A stretch of 63,723 nt of DNA, the filler included, from Octopus bimaculoides (lineage: Eukaryota): the NCBI RefSeq assembly GCF_001194135.2. It is 5 parts of 4 records of this genome, joined end to end, with 100 filler letters (N's around TTAATTAATTAA, not from the genome) between each part and the next. Parts side by side here need not be neighbours in the genome. Positions count along the whole stretch, not along the records: positions 17,324 to 43,847 come from NC_068985.1; positions 43,948 to 53,870 come from NC_068982.1; 3 more parts are not named here. One strand, written 5' to 3'. Made by a program: the position numbers and the translations under genes. Every line of letters begins with the position of its first letter. Position 1 is the first letter of the stretch. Shown piece after piece: positions 38,273-51,350 of the stretch. The notes beneath the pieces were generated by a model, which searched no databases, was not told the origin of the DNA, and was given only the letters and a program-made list of their open reading frames with translations.

Positions 38273-40825
38273 ATCTAAAGTTACCCGCTATATGACGAGA
38301 TAACACACTCTATATAATTTCCTTTGAACATAATAATCTATAACCAATAACCGATAAATTTATATAAAGGTTTCCTCTTGAGCTCGTATCAAATTTAGTG
38401 TTTATCGCAGCTGTTTAGCTCCAAGTCAACACAGATCGTACAGGCTTATGATGAAAAGTATTCCGGTCATGGCCATCAATACATTTTTATTTGTTTCACA
38501 CAAGGTCTTTTCTTTGATATCCAGCTTTTCCTTTTTGAGATAGACTGGTGTAATTTCAGGTACTTCTGGCTGCTATTTCGAGCTAGACGATCAATTACAC
38601 GGAGGCTACTAACTAATTTTAGTAAACACATATACATATTTACTCGGCTGCTTTGTACAATTATATTTACTATACTAATTAGTTAGTAACCATAATCATC
38701 GACACATGAAATATGAAAGGTTAAGTCCATCTCGGTAAGATTTGAACACCGGGCAAGAAGGGACGTAACTAAATACCACAAATCACTGTATTGATTTGGC
38801 TATCTACTCCCACCCCCTTCCATCCCCTGCCCACATCATTTCATAATGAATAAATTCGATGCTTGAGGTTTTGCTGTAGAAGTTTAAGTAATAATCAATC
38901 GATGACATTCGACTTTTATGAATTCCATAGCAATATTTTGTCGGAAATTGAATAGTTTATAAAGTAGTTGGCTAAACCTCTGGAGTTTGGAACTATTTTA
39001 TTGACAGTACGAAAAGTCTTTTGAAGAAATTTCTTTTCTCAATTCTCTTTCGTTACTTTGTTATATCACCTTAACATGAACATACCATAAACTGTAGGAA
39101 ATGTAAAAGGAATAGCGACTTCAAAGAATAAGGTTTGACACTCACTTTTGACTGATGAACAACGTAAAGAAAATTATATAATGTTTCGCTGTAGGCAATT
39201 AATAGATCAATTCAAATTGTAAAAATGTAAGCTAGAGAGCATGGACAACTTTCATTATGTTATATTATATTATAGAAGTTGGGTAAGGCTTTTCACGCTT
39301 TTCATGATATATGGATAGGAGAAATAGTGAAAGAATGGCGATTATTATGTTGCATTATGAGTTCAAATTGAATAGAGAGAATTTGTTCCTTTGCTCGAAA
39401 CCTAAGCGGATTGATCACGGGTGAAACGTTAACTAAATAAACCTAGCACGCTCTACTTCAGACAAAAGATGATCCGGCATCTTTTGTCTGTGTCAGACAA
39501 ATGAATAAGATGAACAAAAAAAAAGATGAATGAACGAATGAGAGAATAAAAAAATGGAAAAGAAAAATTAAATGGAGCAAAAATAAAGTTAGCTCTGAAA
39601 AGGTTTATGTTCATTATTCAGGAGGTGACTACAATTGCTAATAAGCGAAAAATTGTAAAAAGAAAGGAAAAGAAATAGAGAGAGATGCAGAAATCAGGAT
39701 AATATAAAACCTGGAATATAGCGGCATCTTTCCTCTGGGTAGAAATATAGCGAGATTTCGGTGGAAAGCTGGAGAATCTCGCTGATGATAGTGCATTTGA
39801 AAGACGAGATGTAAAAATGAACGCAATTGAGAGAAAAGAAACAAGAATAAAAAAAGCGATCGCGTAAGTGAGATGGAACAAGAGACAAAGAGAGAGAGAG
39901 AGAGAATTAGGGAGGGAGGGATTGAGATAGTGAAGGTGGGGGAGAGAGGGAAGGAAGGAGAGAGAGATAGAAGGAGAGAAAGAGAGAGGTTTGAGATGAA
40001 ATGAGGAAANNNNNNNNNNNNNNNNNNNNNNNNNNNNNNNNNNNNNNNNNNNNNNNNNNNNNNNNNNNNNNNNNNNNNNNNNNNNNNNNNNNNNNNNNNN
40101 NNNNNNNNNNNNNNNNNNNNNNNNNNNNNNNNNNNNNNNNNNNNNNNNNNNNNNNNNNNNNNNNNNNNNNNNNNNNNNNNNNNNNNNNNNNNNNNNNNNN
40201 NNNNNNNNNNNNNNNNNNNNNNNNNNNNNNNNNNNNNNNNNNNNNNNNNNNNNNNNNNNNCGCGAGAGACATCGTGCAGTACGCTTGGGTGTTTACGGTT
40301 AAATGGAATCTTACACGTGTAGTTGGCCATTTTAGAAATTGATGGCGTCCAAAATCAATAACATTGCGTCTCTCTCTTTCTCCCTAACACACTTTCTCCC
40401 TCTCTCTTTCTCTCTCTTTCTCTCTTTCACTCTGCTTTTACTTCTTCCGCTTTTTCTCTGCATCTCTCTCTCTCTATTTCTTCTACATTTAAAGATTAAT
40501 TATAGGTGAGTTATTTCTCTTTAATGTAATGGCAACGAACAACGTGCAGTTTTGCAATAGTTATCGTATTTGTTGATCGAATATTCCTTTGTTGTTGAAA
40601 TTAACAAAAGCTTTTCGTCAGTAGAAATAATATGTTATATTATTGAAATGTCTATGATCATGAGAGACGGGATAGAGTAGAGATTGTAATCTCCTCGCTT
40701 TTGTACTCAGAGCTGATGTTCTTTATCTTTCTTTTTCATCTGCCTCATCACCATCACCTCATTTCACTTCCATGAGATCCTCCTTTCTAGCGTGTTTCTT
40801 TTCTATCGACCACCTCATCCTAAAA

Positions 40826-40888
40826 TTTCTTCTTCTTCTTCTTCTTCTTCTTCTTCTTCTTCTTCTTCTTCTTCTTCTTCTTCTTCTT

Positions 40889-40919
<31 letters not shown>

Positions 40920-40998
40920 TACTTTTTCTTCGACTTCTTCACCTTCATGTTCTTTTTTTCCTTCATTCCTTTTTCTTCTCGTCATTCTTCTTCTTCTT

Positions 40999-41086
<88 letters not shown>
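40826..41086. repeat. (TTC)n and (TTA)n compound microsatellite
   Basis: Visible arrays; source of the poly-L/S ORFs. Confidence 0.9.
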
Positions 41087-42231
41087 GCTGGTTGAGTCGT
41101 TAGCAAACAGGAAAAAAAAAACAATGCTTCGCAGCATTTCGTCCGGCTTTACGTCTAAGCGTTCGAATTATACCGAGTCAACTTTCCATTTCATAGTTTC
41201 GGGGGGGTCGATGAAATAAGTACCGGTTTAGTACGGGGGTCTACGTAGTCAGCTTACTCCCTGTTCCCAAATTACTGGTATTGTGCCGAAATTCGAAACC
41301 AATAAAGGTGGCGAGCTGGTAGAATCGTTAGCACACCGGTCAAAATTCTTAGCGACATTTCGTACGTCTTTACGTTCTGAGTTCAGCTTCCGCCGAGATC
41401 GATAAAGTAAGCACCAGTTGAATGCATCGTCAGTGATGTTTCTGGGATCAAATGGGATCAAATGAGCAAATGAGCAAGATGTAACTTAAAACAAATAAAC
41501 AGATCTTCGCACGCTAACTCATTAAAGTGGAGATATTCAAAGCTTCAGTAACGAGGGTAGCAGCAGCAACGCACCTGTTGTTTGCTAGCATAGCTAGCCA
41601 GAGTAAGGCTTTAAACATGGTTGAGCTTTCAGAAAAAGAAAGGTGAGAAACGTGCCAAAGATGAGAATTATATACCTCTGCTTCTCGAAAATAGGAGAAC
41701 ACTTCCATACTCCGATGAAAGAGCAATTGGAAGAAGCCGCCGAGGCAGAAGACTCTTAGATATCTTAATCATCATTTTTTGGCACTATCCTAGGATTTGC
41801 AAACTGCAGTATTCGAAATTCTGTGACTATTATGGCCTGCTTTGTTGTCATAGTTACCTCTGTCCTTATCAGCTGCTTTCTTTGTTCCGCCTCTTTTACC
41901 TCTTTCTCCTCCAACTCCTCTTGACAGAATGTCCTCAATGGACAGCAGATGAGTTCTCTGTCCTCTCTTTTGCTACGATAGAGCACAACACCGGTATAGA
42001 CTTATGACATTCGGGTGTGCACCAGACTATTTTATGTCCATGGAACTCCATTCGATCGTACACAGTTATATGTTACACCAGTTATATGTTACAGCGATTC
42101 GGTAAAAGAATCGATCGAATATCTACCATGCTTAAAATAGGAAAAGTCAGTCCTCAGAACGTTGCGACGGGCTAAATACTACTAAGCAATTCACGTGGTG
42201 TACTAACGATTCTGCCATCTCACCGCCTTGA

Positions 42232-42265
<34 letters not shown>

Positions 42266-42266
<1 letters not shown>

Positions 42267-42828
42267 TATTCACAGACACGACAGAGTTGGGACCTATATA
42301 CCCTGGAAGCTATGTCAACACTATGGAATAACAACAGAAAAAAGATGGTATAGACACACGCCAGAAAAGGTCACACAATCGTGTGTATTGGCATATCCCA
42401 TACTCTGGGATATGCCAATACACACAGATAGAGAAATTAAGGCCAATAGGCTGGATATAGTTGTCAGAAATCACCAAGGAAAAAATGCTTTCTAATCGAT
42501 GTATCAATACCAACAGATGACAACGTTTCTCGAAAAGAAACGAAGTTTTCAAAATACAAAGATCTGGAAATAGAGGTAACTCGAATGTAGAGTCTAAAAA
42601 CAGAAACAATTCCTATCATAGTGGGCACATTAGGTATGATAAAGAAAAACATTCAGACAAATACATAACAAAAACACCAGAACTTACAAGTATATATAAC
42701 ACACAGAAAATAGTACTACTAGGCACCGCACAAATATGAACAACACAATAAACCACAGCACATACCCAAGACACACAGAGCTGCGCTTTGTAGTGCAGTG
42801 AATTTACGTGATAAAAATAAGACTACTG
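42266..42828 (+). mobile_element. 5'-truncated Dong/R4-clade LINE (REL endonuclease region plus 3' UTR), subfamily 1
   Basis: RHDRVGTYIPWKLCQHYGITTEKRWYRHTPEKVT, RPIGW(P)DIV, LIDVSIPTDDNVSRKE..SKYKDLEIEVTR. Flanked by (AGT)n and (AAT)n. Confidence 0.9.
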
Positions 42829-42844
42829 AATAATAATAATAATG

Positions 42845-43054
42845 ATTTCAATTTTTTGCCACAAAGGTAGCTTGCAGGAGGGGGTTAAGTCGATTACATC
42901 GACCTCGGTGTGGAACTGGTACTTATTTAATCGACCCCGAAAGGATGAACGGCAAAGTCGACCACGGCGGAATTTGAACTCAGAATATAAAGACAAACGA
43001 AATGCCATCTAAGCATTTTGCCCGGCGTGCTAACGATTCTGCCAACTCGCCGCC

Positions 43055-43056
<2 letters not shown>
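42845..43056 (-). mobile_element. family A SINE with (ATT)n tail, inserted in the (AAT)n tail of the Dong copy
   Basis: Head gccgcctt abuts (AAT)n at 43057; the tail end abuts aataataataat at about 42830. Confidence 0.8.
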
Positions 43057-43135
<79 letters not shown>

Positions 43136-43805
43136 NNNNNNNNNNNNNNNNNNNNNNNNNNNNNNNNNNNNNNNNNNNNNNNNNNNNNNNNNNNNNNNNN
43201 NNNNNNNNNNNNNNNNNNNNNNNNNNNNNNNNNNNNNNNNNNNNNNNNNNNNNNNNNNNNNNNNNNNNNNNNNNNNNNNNNNNNNNNNNNNNNNNNNNNN
43301 NNNNNNNNNNNNNNNNNNNNNNNNNNNNNNNNNNNNNNNNNNNNNNNNNNNNNNNNNNNNNTTGGTTTTCTTTATTGTAGATTTAGTGCACGTGCAAAAT
43401 TAAATTACAATATGTTGTATTATTATATTGTATAATATGCTATATTTTGCATTGTACGTAATTGTATTATATATGAATTGCATATGTTCTGTAAGTTTGA
43501 ATGTATGCGCTTTGGTGTATTGTCATGTGTGAATATATGTCTAAAACTCAAAAGTAAGTTATGGGAATACACGTGCGTATGGATGGGAGTACATAAAATG
43601 AATGAGTGAAAGTGGGTGAACATGAGTATGCGTGTTCAGTTATCTACATACGATATACATACCTTACGCATATATGACCGAAATATATGTGCGTGTGTGT
43701 ATATCCGTAAATATAGATGTACGTACATTTCTATATATAAATGAATACAGTATAACCTCGATTTACGAACGCCTCTGATCACGAATAAATCGTGCTTTAT
43801 ATTTA

Positions 43806-43836
<31 letters not shown>

Positions 43837-44013
43837 ATATATATATANNNNNNNNNNNNNNNNNNNNNNNNNNNNNNNNNNNNNNNNNNNNTTAATTAAT
43901 TAANNNNNNNNNNNNNNNNNNNNNNNNNNNNNNNNNNNNNNNNNNNNAAAACAACAAAGTGAGGACGTGATATGGATAGTATTATTGGACGCTCAGGAAA
44001 GGAAAGAGAGAGT

Positions 44014-44048
44014 GTATGACGTTTTGGGCGTAGCCCTTCGTCGGAAAG
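44014..44048 (-). ncRNA. decayed hammerhead motif
   Basis: CCGACGA-A-GGGC uac GCCC-AAA-ACGU-C^. Stem II and the ACGU palindrome are intact; U4C and G12A changes; stem I is lost. Confidence 0.45.
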
Positions 44049-44131
44049 ATGGAAAGTTCGGAGAATGGAAGAACGGAGAAAGAGGAAAATGGTACCGATG
44101 CCCACGAGGTTACATTATACATATATATATA

Positions 44132-44174
<43 letters not shown>

Positions 44175-44844
44175 TGTTAGGAAGCACAAGCACTTACACA
44201 CACACATGTAAACACGGCAGTAACTTCCGCCTACCAAATTCAATTACAAAACTTCAGTTGGCCCGGAGTTATAACAGAAGACACTTGCCCAAGATGCCAC
44301 ACAGTGGGACTGAACCTGGAACCATGTGGTCAGGAAGCAAGCTTCTTAGCACACAGCCACACCTGTGTGCTTCAATAATTTTCTCAACAGCAAAGAGACT
44401 AGGCTTTCTTAGTTTACAACATGAAGCACCAAGTTCGTCACACACTTGCACCATTGCAAAATCAGTTTGTTTGTTTTTTTTATTAAAACCAAAAGTAAAC
44501 AACAGCCAAGCGAGAGTCACTATTAACAATGAGTCATAAACAACACACTTGACTACAAAGCTTCAATGTAATCAGTCGTCTATTTTTAGGATTTTATCAA
44601 CCTTTTTATACGTATGTTGTTTGTCATGACTTTACTGACAATCCAGTAGGGATTTCGCTAATGCTATTCCCAATATAATGGGAACATAGTGTGACGGGGC
44701 TAAACAGCGTCCCTTTTTTCATGTAGTGCAGTACTTCTCAACCATTTTTTTTTTTATCCCTATTTTCACTAAGGTGGAACCTCATAACCGTTCCATATGG
44801 AAACAATCCTATTAGATTTTTGCAATTAAATACAGTTTGGAATT

Positions 44845-45071
44845 CTTTTATTCTTTTACTTGTTTCAGTCATTTGACAGTGGCCATTCTGGAGCATTGCC
44901 TTTAGTCGAACAATTCGACCCCAGGACTTATTCTTTGTAAGCCTAGTACTAATTCTATCAGGTTCTATTGCCGAACTGCAAAGTTACGGGGATGTAAACA
45001 CACCAACATAGGTTGTCAAGTGATGATGGGGGAACAAACACAGATACACAAATACATACATACATAAAAAT

Positions 45072-45116
<45 letters not shown>

Positions 45117-45280
45117 GACAGGCTTCTTTCAATTTCCATCGACCAAATCCACTCACGAGGCTTTGGTCGGTCTGAGGCTATAGTAGAAAACACTTGCCCA
45201 AGGTGCTATGCAGTGGGACTGAACCCAGAACCATGTGGTTGGGAAGCAATCTATTTACCACACAGCCACTCCTGTGCCAT
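44845..45280 (-). mobile_element. tRNA-derived SINE (family B), full length
   Basis: Same architecture as 9831-10250, with an internal (TA)n tract. Confidence 0.8.
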
Positions 45281-45792
45281 ATATAAAAGAATTATTTAAA
45301 ATATTTTGTGTATTGTAAAAATATGAACAGTTTTTGGGACATAATTTTTAACAACCAAACCTTCTATGGACCCTGGGTGAGAACCACTGATGTAAGAAGT
45401 CTGCAGATGTGTTATCGTTAGGCCTAACTCATCGTAAGGTAAATACCACCACAATACAGTGGAGAAGGCTAGCCACTGGATTTGGTTAAAAAGAGATGAT
45501 GAGTGACAGCTGGAGAAATATTGAGCTTTATTTAATAACCAGTTGATCTAGCAAGCGGGGCCTCATATCAGTGAGGGGGGGGGGGCGGTGTGCATTGATG
45601 CTGTCAAGTGGTAGGCTCTAAAACGGCGCGCATTCTCTCCTGGTGACCCCATACACTTGCTGGCTTCCCGTATGCGGAGTTCTCAACTGGTAGCACTTGC
45701 ATGTGTGAGTTGTTTGCAAGACATCACCCAAGAAATGAGGTTGTGTGCCTATGACCTTCGGAGGCTCTTCTATACTAATGAGTTAATGAAGG

Positions 45793-46110
45793 CGCATGGC
45801 TTAATGGTTAAGATATTCAGCTCACAATCATAAGGCTGAGAGTTCAATTCCCAGTGGTGCGTTTTGTCCTTGAACAAGACACTTTATTTCCTGTTGCTGC
45901 AGTCCACTCAACTGGTAAAAATGAGTTGTACCTGCAATTCAAAGGGGTCAGCTTTGTCACATTCTGTGTCAAGCTGAATCTCCCTGAGAACTACATTCGG
46001 GGTACATGTGTCTGTGGAATGCTCAGCCACTTGCATGTTAATTTCACAAGCAGGCCTTTCCACTGATCGAATGAATTGGAATCTTTGTCATCGTGACCGA
46101 GGCATGGCCA
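45793..46110 (+). mobile_element. tRNA-derived SINE (family C)
   Basis: gcatggcttaatggttaag (A box), gagttcaattccc (B box), ccttgaacaagacacttta, then the shared family C body. Confidence 0.75.
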
Positions 46111-46224
46111 GTAAATATATTGATGAGTTCAGTTTGAATAGATGTTGATCAATCTCTGCAAGAAGTGCATGTGGTATTGCAGAGGGCTGCAGTTGTTGAA
46201 AGGAATGCACTAGGAAGCGTTTAG

Positions 46225-46442
46225 CCCTTTAACATTCAGATTGCTCTGTCAAACATGATGCTTATTTATTCACATAGTTTCCAATTAATCTTGAATCATC
46301 TCATAGCTTCGAGATTTTGATGGTGTGATTGTTTAGTATTAGAAGGACATTGTAAAGGAGGTGTGAGAGGCCAGATCTGGTAATTTTTAACATAAAACAA
46401 AAAATATTTGGGTGTGATATGGCTGGTTTAAATGTTCATGGG
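46225..46442. mobile_element. piggyBac-type MITE
   Basis: Ends ccctttaacatt / aatgttcatggg with TTAG/TTAA flanks. A related left end occurs at 53168. Confidence 0.55.
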
Positions 46443-46592
46443 TTAATGCAGAATCTGGAAGCTGAGCTAGATTAAGGATTATGAGAAGAGAAACAAGTAT
46501 TTTGGATGCTATCAGATGACAAATGGAGATTAAATAATTCAAAGAGGACTAATAATGAAGGAACGTTTAAGAAACTCATTGACCTGCTAGAA

Positions 46593-46821
46593 CAGCAGTT
46601 TTCAACTGCAGCTCCCAGGGCCACACGCAGTCCTCAAAAATCCTTTGGGTAGTTCTCAACAGTCATCCCTCTCTCTCTATATATATATTATAAAGTTTTA
46701 TATAGAGATAATAAATTTTTCTTTAATTGACTTATGTTTTACATTCTTTTTGTTGCAGCCCCTAAAAACAAATTCAGGTTTTTGGATCTGGCCTGGATAT
46801 TAAAAAGGTTGAGAAGCACTG
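46593..46821. mobile_element. hAT (Charlie-like) MITE, 229 bp, with perfect 8-bp TSD
   Basis: TIRs cagcagttttcaac / gttgagaagcactg; TGCTAGAA is duplicated at 46585-46592 and 46822-46829. Confidence 0.9.
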
Positions 46822-47356
46822 TGCTAGAAACTGCAGCTAAATCACTCTCGCCAATCACAACCCACAAACATATATATTAGATAATAAAAAAAAAAAGGGA
46901 AAACCATAGCTCTTTTGGATCAGAGAAGTCTTGGGGCTAATTAACAACTCTTCACCAAACTTTTAGACATATAATATCAATAACAATCTCAAAATAGTTG
47001 GAAGTATAGTTTGGCTGCTGAAAATTTAAACTAGCTCAATTATAATTGGCAGCTGTTCATATTTATATATATTATTCCAAGTTTCCATTGCAAATTTTCC
47101 ATTAAAACCTTGCATGAATGAAGATTTTTATTTTTTACTTTACTAAGCTATCTTCCTGACTGCAACAACAAACTGATGATGATGATGATGCTTGGCACAC
47201 TGACAAAACTATCATTGAACTGATCCGTAAGAAGACTTTCCAAGAGTGTAAGAATGGTGAGAATAAACCATGTGGGTAGGCAATGTAATAAGATCTTTGG
47301 ATAAATCAAAAACAAAGGAAAATAATTTTCAGGAGAAATTAAATCTTTCTAGCATT

Positions 47357-47401
<45 letters not shown>

Positions 47402-48445
47402 CACACATGGTGGCTGCACAGTAAGAAGCTTCCTTCCTAACCACATGGTTCCAGGTTCAGTCCCACTGCATGCCACCTTGGGCAAGTGTCTTCTACTACA
47501 GCCTCAGGCCAACCAAAGCTTTCTGAATGGATCTGGTAGATGGAAACTGAAAGAAGTCAGTCCTCTGCATGTATGTGTGTGTCTTTGAGGCCTACCACCA
47601 CCTGACAACCAGTGTTGGTTTGTTTATGTCTCTCTAACTTAGTGGTTTGGCAAAGAGTATCAGGCTTTACAAAAAAGTAATGGGAGTTAATTTGTTTGAC
47701 TAAACCTTCAAGGTGGTGCCCCAGCATGGCTGCAGTCTAAAGAGTGAAACAAGTTTGAATAGATGTAGATCAAAGGGTTCTGTGTTGGTCCTGTTTCCAA
47801 ATAAGATCAATTGTTGTTATTCTTTCCCAGCATAGAATCTCTTAGAATTGGTAAGAATTACAACAGCCAAGGACCCAAAGCTTTGAGTGTTGTTGTTTAA
47901 CCCAAGTTTAGCCCTGATCAAGCAGAATTCTGATACCAATATTTTAGGAAGATTTGCTTTATTTAACACGTCCTTTTTTTAGATGGTGGAGTGTGATTTG
48001 AGAGAGGTTTGGCTGTTCTTTCAAGCAGATCAAATGAACTATGATTCTTCAACAGAGTTGCATACAACTAAAAACATTCATATTACAGTGTCCAAGCACA
48101 CACACACACACACACAATACAGTCAAATTAATTTCAGTTGTTGATCACATCAAAAGCACCCATGCTGGTGCCACATATAAAGCATCCACTACACACTGTA
48201 AAGTGAGAGGCATTATGAAGTATATCCAACCACAGAAACCATGCCAACTGGAACCTGATGCAGTTCTCCAGCTGGTCAGCTCCTGTCAAACCATCCAACC
48301 CATGCCAGCATGGAAAATAGATGTTAAATGATGATGATGATGATAAGTATGTTCTTCTATGTATTTCAATATAGTTTTGCATACGTTAAAAGATTTTAAA
48401 ATCTTTCACACAGAATATTGTTTATTTTAGCTTTTTTCTTTGTAC

Positions 48446-48789
48446 ATAGGCGCAGGAGTGGCTGTGTGGTAAGTAGCTTGCTTACCAACCACATGGTTCC
48501 GGGTTCAGCCCCACTGTAGCACCATGGGCAAGTGTCTTGGCCAACCAAAGCCCTGTGAGTGGATTTGGTAGACGGAAACTGAAAGAAGCCCGTCGTGTGT
48601 GCGTGCGTGTGTGTGTTTGTGTGTCTGTGTTTGTTTCCCCACCAACATCATTTGACAACTGATGCTGGTGTGTTTACGTCCCCATAACTTAAAAGTTCGG
48701 CAAAAGAGACCAATAGAATAAGTACTAGGCTTACAAAGAATAAGTCCTGGTGGTGCTCCAGCATGGCCGCAGTCAAATGACTGAAACAA
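48446..48789 (+). mobile_element. tRNA-derived SINE (family B), young-looking copy
   Basis: ataggcgcaggagtggctgtgtggtaagtagcttgcttaccaaccacatggttccgggttcag...ggatttggtagacggaaactgaaagaagcccgtcg...ggtgctccagcatggccgcagtcaaatgactgaaacaag. Confidence 0.85.
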
Positions 48790-49129
48790 GGCATCAGAAG
48801 TGAAACCATCCCCTCTTATCTTATGCAACAGCTGTCAGGATATTAAAACAGTGATGAAATGAGCAGTGACAAGCTTTCATTTGGTCTATAGTTGTGTCCA
48901 AACTGTCTCCATTAACAAAGTGAAAACAATGAAACTGACTAATTGACCAATCTTTCAGCCTAATTCTCTCTCTCTCACTCATAGAGTCACAAAGTAAGAC
49001 ATTAATTTAGTCCAGCACTTATCCATTTCAATCAAGTTGCCACTTTTAATGAATTTATAATAAAAACTTTTCTATTCGAATTGCAACAAAAAGAAATAAG
49101 ATAACATTTGCTGAAGAATGTAATAAAAA

Positions 49130-49363
49130 AAAACCCCACATCAGTTGTTATCTGTCAGGACACTACACCCTTGAACACTTCCATGCTTCTCAAAATTTGC
49201 CAAAAGTACACCTGATAGCCAGCCACACACACCCCCTTTTTTTTTTTCTAAAACAACTCGTTAACTGTTCACTTTCTGTGCATTATTCTATTTACTGTTC
49301 ATGCCCTTTTTGCCTACTTTTTCTGATGAGTTGTACTACAACTGAGTACTGTATACAATAAGT

Positions 49364-49397
<34 letters not shown>
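49130..49397 (+). mobile_element. CR1/L2-type LINE 3' end, degenerate, with (ATT)n tail
   Basis: Aligns with the reverse complement of 52117-52452 (tcagttgttatctgtc..., gagttgta...ctgagtact...caataa, then attattatt). Confidence 0.6.
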
Positions 49398-49909
49398 GTG
49401 AAGGAATATAGCCTAATAGGTAAGATGTGGCACTCACAATTGCTAGATCATGTGTTCGATTTCCAGACCCGGTGGTACTTTGTGTCCTTGAGCAAAGCAC
49501 TTTGTGTTACAATGCTCCGGTGCCCTCAGCTGTAAATTGGTAACCCCTGCAACAGAAAACAGTCTTCAGATCAACAGGGAATGTTGGCTTGCTTGCCTAG
49601 CCAGCAGGGTGGCATCATTCGAAAGCTAATACAATGGAAATTGCATTGTGGTTAGTGACATACAGCAACATCTGATAGTCTGGCCGATGCCCCGATACCG
49701 TGACTATTATTATACTAAGGAAGAAGGCTAGCAGCAATCTTTAGAATGTTGTTCCTATCAACTGACTCTGCCAGAGTAAACCTGACACTGAAACAAGACT
49801 GATCATAGTCTTGTCACTCAGGACTAATGAGTAACTAAACCACAACAGATGTACTTCATTCTGGGCTGGAACCAGACTGTGCATTACATTATAGTGTATG
49901 ACTGCAGAT

Positions 49910-50165
49910 CATCATTCATTATTTAACGTCCGCTTTCCATGCTGGCATGGGTTGGACGATTTGACTGGGGACTGGCGAACCAGATGGCTACACCAGACTC
50001 CAATCTGATCTGGCAGAGTTTCTACAGCTGGATGCCCTTCCTAATGCCAACCACTCCAAGAATGTAGCGGGTGCTTTTTACGTGCCACCGGCACGAGGAC
50101 CAGTCCGGCGGTACTAGCAACAGTCATGCTCAAATGGTGTTTTTTTACGTGCCACCTGCACAGGA
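49910..50165 (-). mobile_element. SINE-like repeat ending ccatgccagcatggaaagcggacgttaaat(gat)n, probably RTE-associated; relatives at 48190-48340 (+) and 51470-51725 (-)
   Basis: The three copies share gttggcattaggaagggcatccagctgtagaaac and the (GAT)n tail. Confidence 0.6.
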
Positions 50166-50878
50166 GTCAGAGGCAGCCAGAGCATGTTGCAACCATTGTG
50201 CTATTCAGTGGGGCTGTGTAACTTTCATGCTGAGAAAACTATCTAAATTTCTAGAGTTTAAGTATTACTGTAATTAATGCAGTCAGCATTAAAACAAAGT
50301 GGAAATAGTTATGCAGTGGGGAAAAGACAATCTTAATAAATGTCTAATGTTTGTTTATTCTAGTAAGAAAGACAACTCTAGATATATTTCCATCTTATTA
50401 GACCTTATTAGCATAGACTTTGAAATATTTGCTGAATATTTCCTGACAAGCTATCATCTACAACTAAATGGATTAAGCCATTAGAAGTTAAATCCCTTAG
50501 CAACGAATACAGAATTGATGGGAGAGAGGATATCAAGTGGCTTAATCAAAACTTGCTCCTATTCAAATGTAGCAAAAAAACAACAGTGTTTGCTGGTGGT
50601 GGTGGTGGTGATCGTCGTCATGGTAATATGGTAATCGCTGAATTTTATACTTGAAAACTTATTGATTGCGTTTGGCATAAAATGTAAACGCTCAGGTATA
50701 TATATAAAACTTACAGTATCGGCTGTTATTTAGCTCGAGATTGAGCAGATTTCTGAGCAAATATGTAACACATCTGATCATTTCAGTTTTTGCATATCTA
50801 GGATTACATTGCCCCATATGTTGTTTTTTAAAAAGGTGAAATTTGAGGAAGATTTAGCAGCTATTTATAGCAGGTTAA

Positions 50879-51097
50879 CCCTTTCGTTATCAACCCAGCT
50901 GAAACCGACTGACTTTGTAGTACAAATGTGTTGTTTACATAAGTTCTGAATTAAAATCTTTCACCAAATCTTAGTCACAATTTATGTTCCTAACACTAGC
51001 TGAATGATAACTAAGTTATTTTACTAAATTCTTTGTTATATTTAAAATAAATTCAAGAAACACAGAGCATCTCAACAGAAATATGGTTACAAAAGGG
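50879..51097 (+). mobile_element. piggyBac-type MITE, copy 1
   Basis: TTAA-ccctttcgttatc ... gttacaaaaggg-TTTA. Confidence 0.8.
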
Positions 51098-51129
51098 TTT
51101 AAAATATATAATAGAGAAACAATTCTTAA

Positions 51130-51350
51130 CCCTTTTGATACCAACCTGCCTGAAACCAGTTCTGGCTCTGAGTACAAATGTCTTGTTTTCATAAGTTTTG
51201 AATTAAAATCTTCCACCAAACCTTAGTCACAATTTATGTTCCTAAACACTAGCTGAATGATAACTAAGTTATTTTAATAAATTTTTTGTTATATGTAAAA
51301 TAAATGAAAGAAATACAGAGCATCTCAACAGAAATACAGTAATGAAAGGG
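51130..51350 (+). mobile_element. piggyBac-type MITE, copy 2 (same family and orientation)
   Basis: TTAA-cccttttgatac ... gtaatgaaaggg-TTAA; internal sequence closely matches copy 1. Confidence 0.85.

Noticed and set aside
39775-39810. ATCTCG-CTGATGA-tagtgcattt-GAAA-ga-CGAGAT hammerhead-like arrangement
   Set aside because: Only 2 nt lie between GAAA and stem I', so there is no stem III or UH cleavage site; chance or an unrecoverable relic.
1378-48520. tRNA-like A/B box sequences
   Set aside because: They are SINE heads that continue into repeat bodies; no complete cloverleaf tRNA gene was seen.
49321-49365. CTGATGA followed by the hairpin gttgta-c-tacaac, resembling a hammerhead 5' half
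   Set aside because: There is no GAAA or stem III, and the homologous copy near 52170 shows it is the 3' UTR stem-loop of a CR1/L2 LINE.
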